Origin: Phoronis australis | Taxonomy: Eukaryota; Animalia; Phoronida | Length of the DNA stretch: 64,000 nt | Direction: 5' to 3' | Assembly: GCA_002633005.1 (NCBI GenBank) | Contig: NMRA01000385.1 | Coordinates: 251,839-315,838, forward strand | In this document: one piece after another, positions 1 to 12,800 of the stretch | Layout: each line of letters starts with the position of its first letter | Numbering within the stretch: position 1 is the stretch's first letter | The notes under the pieces: generated by a model | Told to the model about the DNA's origin: nothing | Databases searched by the model: none | What the model saw: the letters and a program-made list of their open reading frames with translations, nothing else | Position numbers and translations under genes: made by a program

Positions 1-109
1 ATGATTGAAGGAGTTACATGTTGATTGTGCTAATTGCTCTGCTGTACAGAAAAGGAACTTGGATCAAGGTTTGTGATATTGTGGTCCATTGATACGCAGC
101 AGTTTTTAA

Positions 110-996
110 GCTTATTAAAAAACTGACTGCTCCAAACTCGTAAATAGTCATCTAATTCATCTCTCTTTTTTGCAGAATGTAGAAAAACACAGTTTGACTG
201 ACCTAGGTTTTACATTTTAATGCTCAAATGTTTCTGTGCTAAAGTGGAACAACGTATCATACCCCACTTCACTTTTCAAATTTCATAGTGTCTGCCCTTC
301 AATTCACGGCATGCGTGTGCATCTTCAGTACTTTAACTTGAATGCTGGATGTCATAATAATTTTGCTGTAAAATAGTAAAATTAGCTCAACAGTAGTTTC
401 CAACTTTTGAACAAGCGCTCTGATGACGTAACATGTTTTGGTTGTGATATACTAACCCTAAAATCCTCCCTTCATTTTCGGGTCTGCCTTTATTTTGCCG
501 GTACTGTGCGATTTTACGCTAATACACATTAGCCGATGGTGTTAAGTTGCCTGACTAAANGCTTATTAAAAAACTGACTTTGCTCCAAACTCGTAAATAA
601 TCATCTAATTCATCTCTCTTTTTTGCAGAATGTAGAAAAACACAGTTTGACTGACCTAGGTTTTACATTTTAATGCTCAAATGTTTCTGTGCTAAAGTGG
701 AACAACGTATCATACCCCACTTCACTTTTCAAATTTCATAGTGTCTGCGGCATGCGTGTGCATCTTCAGTACTTTAACTTGAATGCTGGATGTCATAATA
801 ATTTTGCTGTAAAATAGTAAAATTAGCTCAACAGTAGTTTCCAACTTTTGAACAAGCGCTCTGATGACGTAACATGTTTTGGTTGTGATATACTAACCCT
901 AAAATCCTCCCTTCATTTTCGGGTCTGCCTTTATTTTGCCGGTACTGTGCGATTTTACGCTAATACACATTAGCCGATGGTGTTAAGTTGCCTGAC
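110..996. repeat. Near-identical tandem duplication (110-555 / 561-996) separated by a single N; probably two haplotypes assembled side by side
   Basis: Copies differ by a 2-bp indel, a SNP and a ~12-bp indel; N at 560. Confidence 0.85.
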
Positions 997-1872
997 GAAA
1001 CAACACATCTGTTTTCACTTTTTCGCTCTTCTGATGGATTTAAACTTAAGATTCGAAATCTTCATAAAATTTTGACCTCTGTTCGTGTTCTCTCAGTACA
1101 TATTGGTGAAGTTTTAGCTGATGTCATTTCGGTCAGATCAGCCAAGTTTGAAATAACTTTTAGTATTGCTACGCAGTAAAGCAATTTCCTTTGTTTTGAA
1201 TTTTGTAACAGTTATAATTTCAAAGTAAATACACAGGAATTGCCATGGACCTGAGTTAAAATTTCTGAGAAAGTAACAAATTTCATGAATTTATGAATCC
1301 GCAAAGGTCTAATTTGCACAGTGCCACAGTATTCTAAGTAATCCGTTCTCGTGGGTGTCGTGAGCCTTGTGTGAGCTGTAAAGTTTCGTTGGTTATGGGT
1401 TTTTCAAAATGGGAGCGATGGGTGACTGTCTTCAAGCACATACATTTTTGTCGTAAAGTGAAAATCCCAATGAAAATCGGATGAAAAATGTTGCTAATGT
1501 CAATAGTTAACGATTTTTGTCTGAAGTCATGGTGAAAATGTGAAAGAAAGTTGGACGAAAAATGACACTAAAAATTGTTGAAAATTTACCAAAAGTTTTT
1601 GCTTCAAACTTCCATCTATTTTCCATGAAAATTATCGGGAGCTTTTTAGACCACCACATTACGATCAATGCTCAACAGCGGTTCTACCACGACATAGTTA
1701 TTTGTTGGTTATACCATCCACAAACACACATTGTGTTACAAGTTCTGTATACGTGTTTGTTAAAAATGAATTGTAGAAAGAGTATATTGGAGTAATCGAA
1801 CATTATAAACGACAGGTACGTTATAATGCGACTCGATTGTGCTTTTCCTGAACCTTCTAATTCTGTAGATAT

Positions 1873-3008
1873 TGTAAATTGTTCGTGTGTCAGTGCAGTA
1901 GTCTCGACGATGTTGTCTGATATGTTCAACCGCTTACTTAAAAGTAACTGACCACCATTGTGTCAAGAACCGGAAACTCTTTATTGTTGTGCTCCGATGA
2001 ACAATACAATACGAACATATAAACATCCCCCCCTTACTTAAAACCTCTTTCAACTAAACCTCTAAAGTCCTAATTTGTTAAACCGTACTGTACGAAAAGT
2101 CTTTCCACTACCCTAGGAAACTAACTAACTAACAGTGAACTAGTGCGTCTCATAGTCTTCCAGATATTTGGGTGGGTTAACCACTCTTCCCGCCCGCGTT
2201 ACAATTCGAAACCTTTCTGGAGATTTTAGCGACGGTGACGGAGGTTCCGGTGTACTGGTGTCCCTAGTGGCGTAAATATCCGACGGTACAGTTAACTCAG
2301 GAGTAGGAGCTTCGACAGGTTCGTGATACGGACGAAGGTCGTGTCGGTCGCGACGAAGTAAGTCCTGACCGCACTCAACTGAATAAGACCTATTGGTCAG
2401 CTGCTTATGTACTTTCGCATCTTTCCATTGTGTGCGATGAGAGTTAAAGTCCCTAACTAGGACTGGTGCTCCTTCCTTAATGGGTTCAAGAGGCCTAGTG
2501 TTCTTGTTGTAAGACTTAGCTACTTGTTTTCTCCGCTTCTCCTTTTCTACTCTGTTTCTTAGAGAACGGCCATCTATTTTCAACAACGACGGCAACGGTG
2601 TTCTCGTGGATCTGCCCAACAACCGCTCTATGAAGCTCGTTGACAAGGTAGCTGTAGGAGTATTACGGTATTCTAGTAAGGCTAACTGGGGATCACTAGA
2701 CCTCTTCAGTAATCTTTTCGCAATTTTGACCACCGATTCTGNAAGAAAATTTCGAAATTCCTCCGAAATCTTTTCCATTGTTCTGGCAGGTTTCCACCCT
2801 GTTTCAAGGGTTCGGGCGCTAGAAACTTATCCGACATTCCTCACTCGGGGCACCATGTAAATTGTTTGTGTGTCAGTGCAGTAGTCTCGACGATGTTGTC
2901 TGATATGTTCAACCGCTTACTTAAAAGTAACTGACCACCATTGTGTCAAGAACCGGAAACTCTTTATTGTTGTGCTCCGATGAACAATACAATACGAACG
3001 TATAAACA
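1873..3008 (-). mobile_element. Gypsy/Ty3-type LTR retrotransposon, internal region collapsed or deleted
   Basis: 153-bp TG..CA LTRs 1873-2025 and 2856-3008 (2 mismatches); PBS TGGTGCCCCGAGTGAGG (2839-2855, minus); PPT at 2026-2035 (minus); flanks gatat/aatat. Confidence 0.93.
2140..2778 (-). pseudogene. Putative gag N-terminus (MEKISEEF) joined across an N to an integrase C-terminus
   Basis: ESVVKIAKRLL..DPQLALLEYRNTP..ERLLGR..RT and R..NPPKYLEDY are typical Gypsy integrase C-terminal motifs; N at 2742. Confidence 0.85.
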
Positions 3009-3606
3009 AATATTGGGTTAACTAAGCAGACTTGTCGAAAAAGTGCTGTACCATATAAACTTAATGTCGCGCAGTGTTATCGAATTGTAAAGTTGGCCGC
3101 CGAAAAAAGTTTGATATGAATGTGTTGACGTTCAACTCATCTCACCATTCACTTAAAAGTAGTTCCATTGGCAGACCGGGTGTAATTATCATGTTTATTG
3201 CCCCCAAAGCCGTGTGGGTAATGAACTATTGAAATTGCTGATAAAAGCGTGTCAAGTTTATAATCCCTGTAACCCTGAGTTTCTATCACGATCTTTTCAC
3301 ATTATGGAGGTGTAACATTGTGGGTAAATACAGCGCCTTTCCGACGTGTAGCATTGTGGGTAAATAGAGCAGAATCTGAGAAGGCACTGGTGTATGTCAG
3401 GATGTGTATTTTGTGAATATTACTTAATTATGTATTTGAGTTTATTATTTCAATTCTAATAAACATTCGAATTTTTCATTCTGGACTAAATATTTTTTGA
3501 GATGGAAATAAAATTATGCAGTTTCACACCATCCAAGCAGGCTGATATTTGTTGTATAATTTTTACGCATTACACAACTCATTATTCAGTGTTTTGGCCA
3601 TTTCAG

Positions 3607-3807
3607 ACAGGAGATATGCAGAGCTTCACTCCTCCAAAGGAGGGTCGCTTGTCCAACGTCGAACCTATGGCTGAATCTGAGGAGAAGTCGCCTGCTGTCT
3701 GTGCCAGAAGATGCCTGAACTATGGTCGCAAGTGTATTTCATTTATGTACGACGTGGTAAACAAAGCATGTGTGTTGCTCTCCGTCATATGGAATCCATC
3801 TAATGAT
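3607..3807 (+). CDS. exon 1 in window (PAN/apple-like: SPAVCARRCLNYGRKCISFMYDVVNKACVL)
   Basis: tttcag acceptor (alternative AG at 3610), gtaagt donor at 3808; C-x3-C...C-x-SF-x-Y...C-x-L pattern. Confidence 0.8.
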
Positions 3808-6800
3808 GTAAGTGAATTGCACAATGATTAGGTAAGTTTTTATGCACTCCTGTTTTTGTCGATGTTAACTCAACATTTTTGTGGATATTAGCTACCATCA
3901 TCTTCGTCTTCCATTGTGTGACACCAAAAAATCTAATTTCCCTGTATGAAAGAATACTTGTTACTGGATCTTATTTCACCCAGTGTCAAAATATTTACAA
4001 ATTTAATATATTTTCTTAATTTATGACAAGAGCGTATTATGGGGTAATCCTTTGAGTAGTCTAACACTTTCATGGTATCATCTAGACAAACTGTCTTTTC
4101 TTTAAAGAAGTGCTTGCATGCCCATTGATGATTAACTATTTTGTGATCTTAATACAGGTCCAGCTTAAGAGCAGTGCTGGCTGGTCTTACTATGAGCGTC
4201 TCAACCTGGGCTATGCTAAGGTGTTCAGATATGACATTGAGACGCAGCACAGCTCTCAGTACTGCATCAACGTGGATGTAACAAATTCTCTGGGATACAG
4301 GGTAAGATAATATGTATCAGAACTTCTAGATTGCTGGGTTATAGTCTGTGTCAGTTGTTATGCTTAATAAACAGTGTGATTTAGATAATTTCTATCAATG
4401 GAAGTTATTAAATCTTAAGTTTGTAATATTTATAGCCAGAAACTAGCACCAAATGACCCCACTGAACAAATTGTCATCCGGTTCATTGCATTGGTACTTA
4501 TCCATCTGGAAGATTTGTGTACAGTACAGAGTAAATACCTGGATCGAATTACCCAGAATTCCCAGTCACAGTGACTGAGCACAAGCAGGCTCAGAGTTTA
4601 CTCAGGCAGGTGTTGGTTTGCTGGTGGTGCTGGAGCAGTTTTTTATCCGTATGCACCGCAGTTAATCTGCTGCAGCTGGTATTTATAGTTTTCATATTTG
4701 TACCTTAACGTAAATTGGATGTGAATACCTTGCAGAATTTCATCAACCCAGGACCTGGTTTCTGCACTATAATAGATTTCACTCCACCAGACCCAGCCAA
4801 TATAGTTAGTCCAAAGTCTGATGAGGTATTGGCTCATTTCTGTGAGGCGGCCATCACTCAACGATGTCATGAAGTCACAGATCAGCCCAATCACAGATAC
4901 ATTGTTGATGGTCCCCAAGACAAAGCAGTGTTCAATGGTCAAAAACCTCTGGAAGAGAAGCTTTATCAGCTGGCAACAAGTTATCTCAATGGTATTGTAT
5001 ACTGAAAAACTGAAATTAGTTTCATGCATATGGCATGCTTGAGACTAAATATGAGATCTAAATGTGGCATCCACTCCTGTGTAAGCTTTAAATGCAGTTC
5101 TTAATCTTATAACTTGGTGGGCTTCGATCAAGAAACTTGAATCTGGCTATATATATCCACAGGCTTGTGGTTTTTTGCACTACGTTAAAGGAGAATGCCA
5201 CCCGATTTAATTAGTCTTTTTTGCCGTCTTAATCGGTCTATATCCAAATCGCCTCGCATACGGTCGACCTTACCTTGCCAAGAGGTGTCGCGTTAACCTG
5301 TCAGGAAGGTGAGAAACGAAGCTAGCGACGTCAGTGGTTCATATGCAGAGTGAATGCTATGCTTCGGTGCGTCGTTCCTGCTTGTCCGAACTAAGCAGCT
5401 GCGAGGAAAGCGGGTATATTGTTTTTTTTTACTTCCTCGAGAGTCTGAAATGCTTAGGAAGTGGCTCATGGTAGTGAAGAATGAAATGTACACTGTAAAT
5501 AGTAAGTATGAGGCCGTGAAAATCTCTGTGTCTGTGGCCTACAGACGTCGACAGTGCCTGACGAATGCCGGCTTACCAAATAACTCCATACGTTCCGTTG
5601 TCTGAGCTTGTTCACAGCGCCTCTCTAGTATTTCTTCGTCACTGTATTCCTGTTTTAATTGATAGCCTGTAAAACTTAACGATCCACCTGCGAAGTCGGG
5701 ACTGATGAGCTCTAGCTCGTTCTAAGTCGGGATTGCGAGTTGCCATGTTGGCGTTTATTACTGAGCGTTCTGTTTCAAAATGAATTATTCTGACCCTAAC
5801 CAATATATAACTGAAACAAAGTCTGTCTAATTAGATGCAATTTGTAATGCCTTTGGAGTGTTTGTGAGTGCAAATGATTTGAGAAGCCAGCAATGAATAA
5901 ATCACTGCGTTACCGGCTTTAGTTGCAATAAAACTAATTGACGGGACACCAAGGCCGTGTCAGCTCATGTTAATTTAGTGTTTGCTGGCAGAAACTGTTG
6001 TGAAACAACTCGATTTCCATCCCACGGCCAGGTGTTAGGGGAATCTTTATTTACATTTACATTACTCAAATAATGATTGCCAATGTACAACTTCTGCCCT
6101 CACGGTGCTGTGGCCAAATCGGAACCTGAATTAGCGGCCCCCGACGATTAAGTAGATTTGCAGTTTCGTGGCTAATTCACCAACATAATCAGGTGCACAT
6201 TACTTTGGCTCACTAGTATAGTATTTTCTTGACTGGAAGTTCAGTTTCCACTGAACTTTGGCTGGTTTATGTTCGTGATGTCTGATCAGTTTCCAAGCCA
6301 CTGGTCAGGATAACGAGTCAATCCGGCCAGCCGCGACGGGCCTGATCGGGCTCCGAGCCACGGGCCAGGATAACAAGCGTTTTGTGTTTAGAACTCAAAA
6401 AATCACAAGTCTAAACAACACAGATCTAGGTTCTCCTGTCTGTAGCTCACGGAAAATACTTCGAAATTATCTCCGAATAGACCCCAAACTCCTGCTACGG
6501 ACCTTATTGGCCTGCCGAACTTTGTAGGTTACGGTGTGTCCAAATACCAATAAATCCGTAAGAGCGAAATAAAACAACACGTTTTCATAAGAATTCAGTG
6601 TATTTTTAAGGGTTTTACATCGAAGTTTGATGATTTATTGGACGTTAAACGATGAATTCAAGCGATAAGCAGACACCAATAACCCGTGTTGTGAACTGCT
6701 GAACAGACTGCGTGTGAAACCGATGACGTCATTGGATAATTTCAACACCTCCGTCTGCCGTCAGGTGTCAGGTAACGCAACCGTACGTGTCATTATGGAG

Positions 6801-9800
6801 TAGAACTACTCGATCTAAATTGATACAAATTAGGTTGTTTTTTGGGTGGCATGCTCCTTTAAACTGTATGTACATGAACCATATGCAGTTCTGTGAACCA
6901 TAAGTGTAATCTTTTCAGCCAACTGGGATGAATTTGAAGACAAAGACAGTGGCATGTTTGGCTACACTTGGAAGGCTGGACGTAGAGTTTGTGGCAATGA
7001 TACAGCAGACTTTGAGGACCCTCATGCCCACTTGGCCTCCCGCGAACATTGGAACCATAAGGGACTGGCCACGTTCAAGGACAAACCCCTGGCAGAGGGA
7101 CCCTACTACTTTACTGTTCAGGTGACAGTCTTTAATTTGTGGTTAAATTTCTTTTTCCAAATGTGGTTGCCCGTTACAGCCACTTGAAGCCTCATACCTG
7201 ATGATCTATGATCATGGTTAACAGATCTCGCCCTATCCATATGGAGCCTCGTGCTTCTTAAATGTTCAGGCTGCAGATAGGGTGTCTGATTCAGGCCATT
7301 ACAGCATTCTCCCTTTGAGTCCATCTTGTTCGATTGTATAGCACAACAAGTTGGGCGGACCACCACTGTAGTCATGCAGTATCTTACATGACTGATCAAG
7401 TCCATTCTGGGATTTATAGTTGGAGAGCATGTAGAGAATTTCTCGATAACACTGGTCACGGCTCTGAGCCCCTAATCTCCAGACAACTTTTACGATCCCT
7501 ATTCAGCATGCCCTTTGTATTGATGTAGATCTGAGCTAATGAAGTGGAAAGGTAATAGCTAGCACTACTTTCTTAACAATGGTGGTCGTTATTACACTCA
7601 AATTGTTTTTCTCGATCTGGCATTTGCACAGAGTTAAAGGAGAATGCCACCCGATTTAATTAGTCTTTTTTGCCATCTTAATTGGTCTATATCCACATTG
7701 CCTTGCATACGTTCGACCTTACCTTGCCGAGAGGTGTCGCGTTAACCCTGTGAGGAAGATGAGAAACGACGCAACGACGTCAGTGGTTCATTTGAGTGGT
7801 TCATTTGCAGAATTAATGCCGCTGTGTTGCGGTGCATCGTTCCCGCTTGTCCGAACTATGCAGCTGCGAGGAAAGCGGGTATATCGCTTTTTGACTTCCT
7901 CAAGAGTCCGAAATGCTCAGGAATTAAAAGTAGCAGCTTGTAACCACTGTGTGTTGAGCTCCGTTAAACCCCGAATTTTCACACAGCCCCAGTAGTTCTG
8001 CTTGTCTCCTTGTCGGTGGTGAAACTTGTATCAGCATGTACAGCTATAAACCGGCTGGGGTGCATGCAAAATCTGGGTGTAAACTGACACTCACCTTGCC
8101 TGCTGGAGTCATTTAAGTGAAAGACAATCTAATAAACATCATTTTCTAGTATAGTTCTCTGCCTTTTGTAGCAAAGAAAAATCAATCGTTGTTTTGAAAA
8201 CATTACACTTGCGACATCTCGCGGGAGATGATAAGAGCTTCGCAGTAGCAAAATTTGTTCAAAAATTGGGTTTGCTGGTCGTGAAATACTAAAAGCTTCA
8301 AACGAAATGAAACCAGTTCCGATAATTTGTTATGACATGTATGCAACTTTGTGGAAGAGAACAGTTCAATGGCTTGTTGTACTTGGAAGATCTCGGAAAT
8401 GAAACTGGCCAATAAGGTAACAGTTGACGGTACCGAAAGCCGACCCAAAACAGCGCACCACAATTTTAGTAGCAGAGTGAATGGTAGAACGCCAATTTTT
8501 TCGACACCGATAAATAACTTTGTTTACTCAAGGAAGAGTGCAGTTTTTGTGACACTTACTTTGTGTCAAATTTTATTTGATCAGTTGTTAACCACATCGG
8601 TGCAACAGCTGCATATGTAGTATACAGATTTCAGGAATATTCCTGGACTATGCCTTTGCACCATTAGTGCATAAAAAGTAAAAGAGCACAAGTATGTTGC
8701 AGCAGTGTACCCCCCNCCCCGGTCACATCCTTTTAATACGCAACACTCTTCCACAATGCAAGATTCTAGTCAACTTACAACCAGTCGTGCAAAACATGAC
8801 TATGTTCTTATTTCGATTGCCCTTGGGGTTTCTGTTTCATATGTAACCATGACTTCAATTACACTAAGTCTGCTCAGTGCTGGCACAACTTTGTGAAAAA
8901 AAGGCACTGTCACTTTTTATCATCAGGTACGGTCAAAGGGTTCGGGTTCAAAGTTGAGCTCAGGAATATCCCTGAACTTTGCAGCAGGCTACATAGCAGG
9001 GGCCCCTGGCCCATTGCAGAATGGCATCATTCCACTAATAGTCAACACTGCATGGCAGTAAACTCGTATTATGAACTTTGAGAGCCGAGATCGTAGACGA
9101 GTTATGCACATAAAGTACAGTTCTAAAGCTGAGACGCCTTCACCCAATAAGCTAATCATAGTAAGCTTAATTCTCATTGCCTTCACTCATGGTCCAGCCT
9201 CAGTGATGTCAGATGCGCGTTAGCCAATACGAATTAACATTGGAAAAACACTTTTTTATAAAAATGCGAAAGAATAAGAAAGATGTGATTTCTTATTATA
9301 CTTTATTCATAAACTAAATAACATTAAAAATTTATGATTTTGTACTTCCTGAACCTTATTTTAAATTTCTTTACTCTATAGGGTCTCAATGACGTCGTCT
9401 TTGGTGGTGCTTTGGTGACGACTGTCTGCCACAGTCGACCTATGATCATTGACATAACTCCACCCCTCTTCTACGCTGTTGACAGTTTCATCTACAGTGA
9501 ACAGATGAATGTGTTGATCATTGACTTTAATGCCACGGATGACCTCTCTGGTGAGTTGGACAACTACACCAAAATCTGCACCTATTTTGTATAATTTTAA
9601 ACTTGCTCTTTGTTCATTTTTTCAATTGCTTCCAACATTGTTTTGAAGGTCCACACTTGGGTCCTTACTAGTGTAGACAAGCAAAGTGGTTGCCACTTAG
9701 TTATTGGCTAGACTAGTTGGCTAGGCTAGAATGTTGACCTGTGAGACATAATTCACTGTTTTTGTTGCATCCAGCAAATGATTCTTGCATAAATGACTAA

Positions 9801-12800
9801 TGAGTGTCTTGCATTTATGGGACGCACCCCAGATACCCAGATCAGGTTTCACATCCACTGTTTCTGATGATGATGTCACATCCACTGATTCTGATGATGT
9901 CACTTCCACTGTTTCTGAAGATGTCACATTCACTGTTTCTGATGATGATATCACATCCACTGTTTCTGGTGATGTCGCGTTCATTGTTGCTGATGGTGTC
10001 GCATCCACTGTTTCTGTTGATGTCACATCCACTGTTTTTGATGATGTCACATCCACTGTTTCTGATGGTGTCACATCCAATGTTTCTGATGGTGTCACAT
10101 CCACTGTTTTTGATGATGTCATACCTACTGTTCCGGATGTCGCACCAACTTAGCCAATAATATATTGATTGATACTGCAATTCTTATACAGGACTCAGTC
10201 TAGTTGAGTTTGGCCTGGGACGTTCTAAGTATGACGTGAAGCTGAGGTCATATGAAGATGTCAGCACAGACAACCCTGATGTGTTGACCTTCCTACAACT
10301 GACCATGGATGAGATTGTGATGCCCGAGGGTGAACCGGCGTGGATTCGGCTGCAGATTCTTAACAACGGTAGACTTATTTTTTGAGTTCCCTTTCACAAA
10401 TTTTAGTAGCATTCTTAGTTGAGGAATGGTTCGTGAGCGATTCAAGTTGTGAAATTTGTGTAGCTTAATGTATCATTGAATAACAATGTCTTGAATGTGT
10501 AATTTTTCGGATTATGGCCACTTAACAATTTGTTTGATGTTAACATTGTTCGTTTGTCAAATGAGTGTTTATCTATGGTGATTTTAAAAGTAAACTAGAA
10601 ACACTTGAACAACGAGAAGGTGGGCAAACACCTTTTCCAGAAATATTTGTCAGTTACAGTTCAGCTTTTTTAACAAGAAAATAGCATTTTTGTCGAATTT
10701 AATACAGAGTTTTTAAACTCTGCACAATAAAATGTGATGTTATTGCACTTACCCGCTAACTGTTTGTGAATGATCTTACAAGGCGAGTTGCTATTTTGAC
10801 AAAGTGCATGGAGCAGCACCTGTTTAGATTTTGTCAAGGTTCGCCCTAAATGGAAATGTGTTGTTGTCTAAAATAAGAATATTATTGAACAGTGATTTGT
10901 GCATTGAAACTTAGTAGAGATTTTGATGTTGTCTAGTTTATTGAAAAAAAGTTCTGTGATGAATCATTTGGCAGTATCATCTGTGACTGACTTTGCTAAT
11001 TATACCTTTCATAAAATTTAAATTTGCCAAAAATTCTTTTGGATTGGTTACTCTGCTGGTTTCAAGCTCCTCTAGTTATGAACATGGGGTTGAATTATAT
11101 AGTATCTGATATTTGATCAATCCCGTTACCAATTGTGACGCCATCAACAGAGGGGTAATTGTGTCATTGCAGTTGAACTGTTTGTGGCTGGACACGGTGA
11201 AACTCCCCTTCTGGTTGACAAGTCTCCACCAATTGCTGGAACCGTCTACGATGGACTGGACCACAAGCGTGACCTACAGTTCACTAATGACAACACCAAG
11301 TTGTGTGCTCATTGGGTTTATTTCTTTGATCCCCACTCTGGTATCATGAGGTAAGATTCACTTCCATTTTGTGTTGGCCCAGTATTGGAAAATGACATAA
11401 GAAAAGCACTGAAACGTGTCTAGTGGCATGCTGAAAGTGTTATTCAAAACCATGTCCGAGTATGAAATGAGACGTATGGCATTGACAATTTAAACCATAC
11501 TGAAATTCCAGTAGGCATTGCTGGCCTGTTATTGGCTATCCTGTGCACACATTTCGTTTTTCCATAGGGTAAACATACTATGTTGTCTCTACTCCACATG
11601 TTCACATTACTCTTAAGGTAGGTGTATACACTGATCAAATCTCCAGGTTCCTAACTAGAATGAGTAAAAAGGGAGTTTTAACTAGTTAGACATGACTCTG
11701 AAAGTGACAGAAATCAAAAAAAAAAAAATTTTGTGGTTCGTTTTTTTAAAAAATCGTATTTTTTAATTTTCAACAAATCCAATTTTACCTCGAATTTTTT
11801 TTCAAAATGCACAGGGATCATCATCAACTATTTCCTTACACAATATTCTACTTATCCATACCAAATATATTTACAAAATCATTATGATCTTGATTTTGTG
11901 GCATTTTTTGTGTGTGAGTTGGGGCAAGCACGCCACATTTTGTCATTCGGTCACTTTCATCTAATAACTAAAAATCTGGTCCCTTTATCAAAAAACCCTG
12001 GCACGCGAATTTACTTCAGTCCAAGAGGATTTCAAATTTGCAACTTTCCTTAAAATTGACCCACGTGTTGTGGAAAAATAGGCCCGAGAATCGTGTCACT
12101 ATCCTGAAATCACGAGCCGAGAAAAACGGCTTTGAAGTTAAGCGGTCATCGATTGCCACTTGAGATCAAATTTCGTTCAGAATGCGTGGTCATTATGTTC
12201 CAATTTTTGTTGAAGTACTAGAAATAAAGCTGATATTTACTTCATATTTAGAAAATGTGACATACCTGTTTGTTTACAGCGTAATTTTAATCATTTTTTC
12301 GAACTTGTGATGCACGACAGACGACCAAAACAAATATGGCTGTCACGTGGGCGGAGCTTAGCGTTGATCTATTGTCTGCTGTACTGGTGTGCCGACCANN
12401 NNNNNNNNNNNNNNNNNNNNNNNNNNNNNNNNNNNNNNNNNNNNNNNNNNNNNNNNNNNNNNNNNNNNNNNNNNNNNNNNNNNNNNNNNNNNNNNNNNNN
12501 NNNNNNNNNNNNNNNNNNNNNNNNNNNNNNNNNNNNNNNNNNNNNNNNNNNNNNNNNNNNNNNNNNNNNNNNNNNNNNNNNNNNNNNNNNNNNNNNNNNN
12601 NNNNNNNNNNNNNNNNNNNNNNNNNNNNNNNNNNNNNNNNNNNNNNNNNNNNNNNNNNNNNNNNNNNNNNNNNNNNNNNNNNNNNNNNNNNNNNNNNNNN
12701 NNNNNNNNNNNNNNNNNNNNNNNNNNNNNNNNNNNNNNNNNNNNNNNNNNNNNNNNNNNNNNNNNNNNNNNNNNNNNNNNNNNNNNNNNNNNNNNNNNNN

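Noticed and set aside
110-996. ~440-bp tandem duplication as a biological event
   Set aside because: Copies are separated by a single N and differ like alleles; most likely an assembly overlap artefact.
9721-10180. Four overlapping 112-133 aa ORFs
   Set aside because: Products of the 24-bp minisatellite; exons 5 and 6 join in phase without them.
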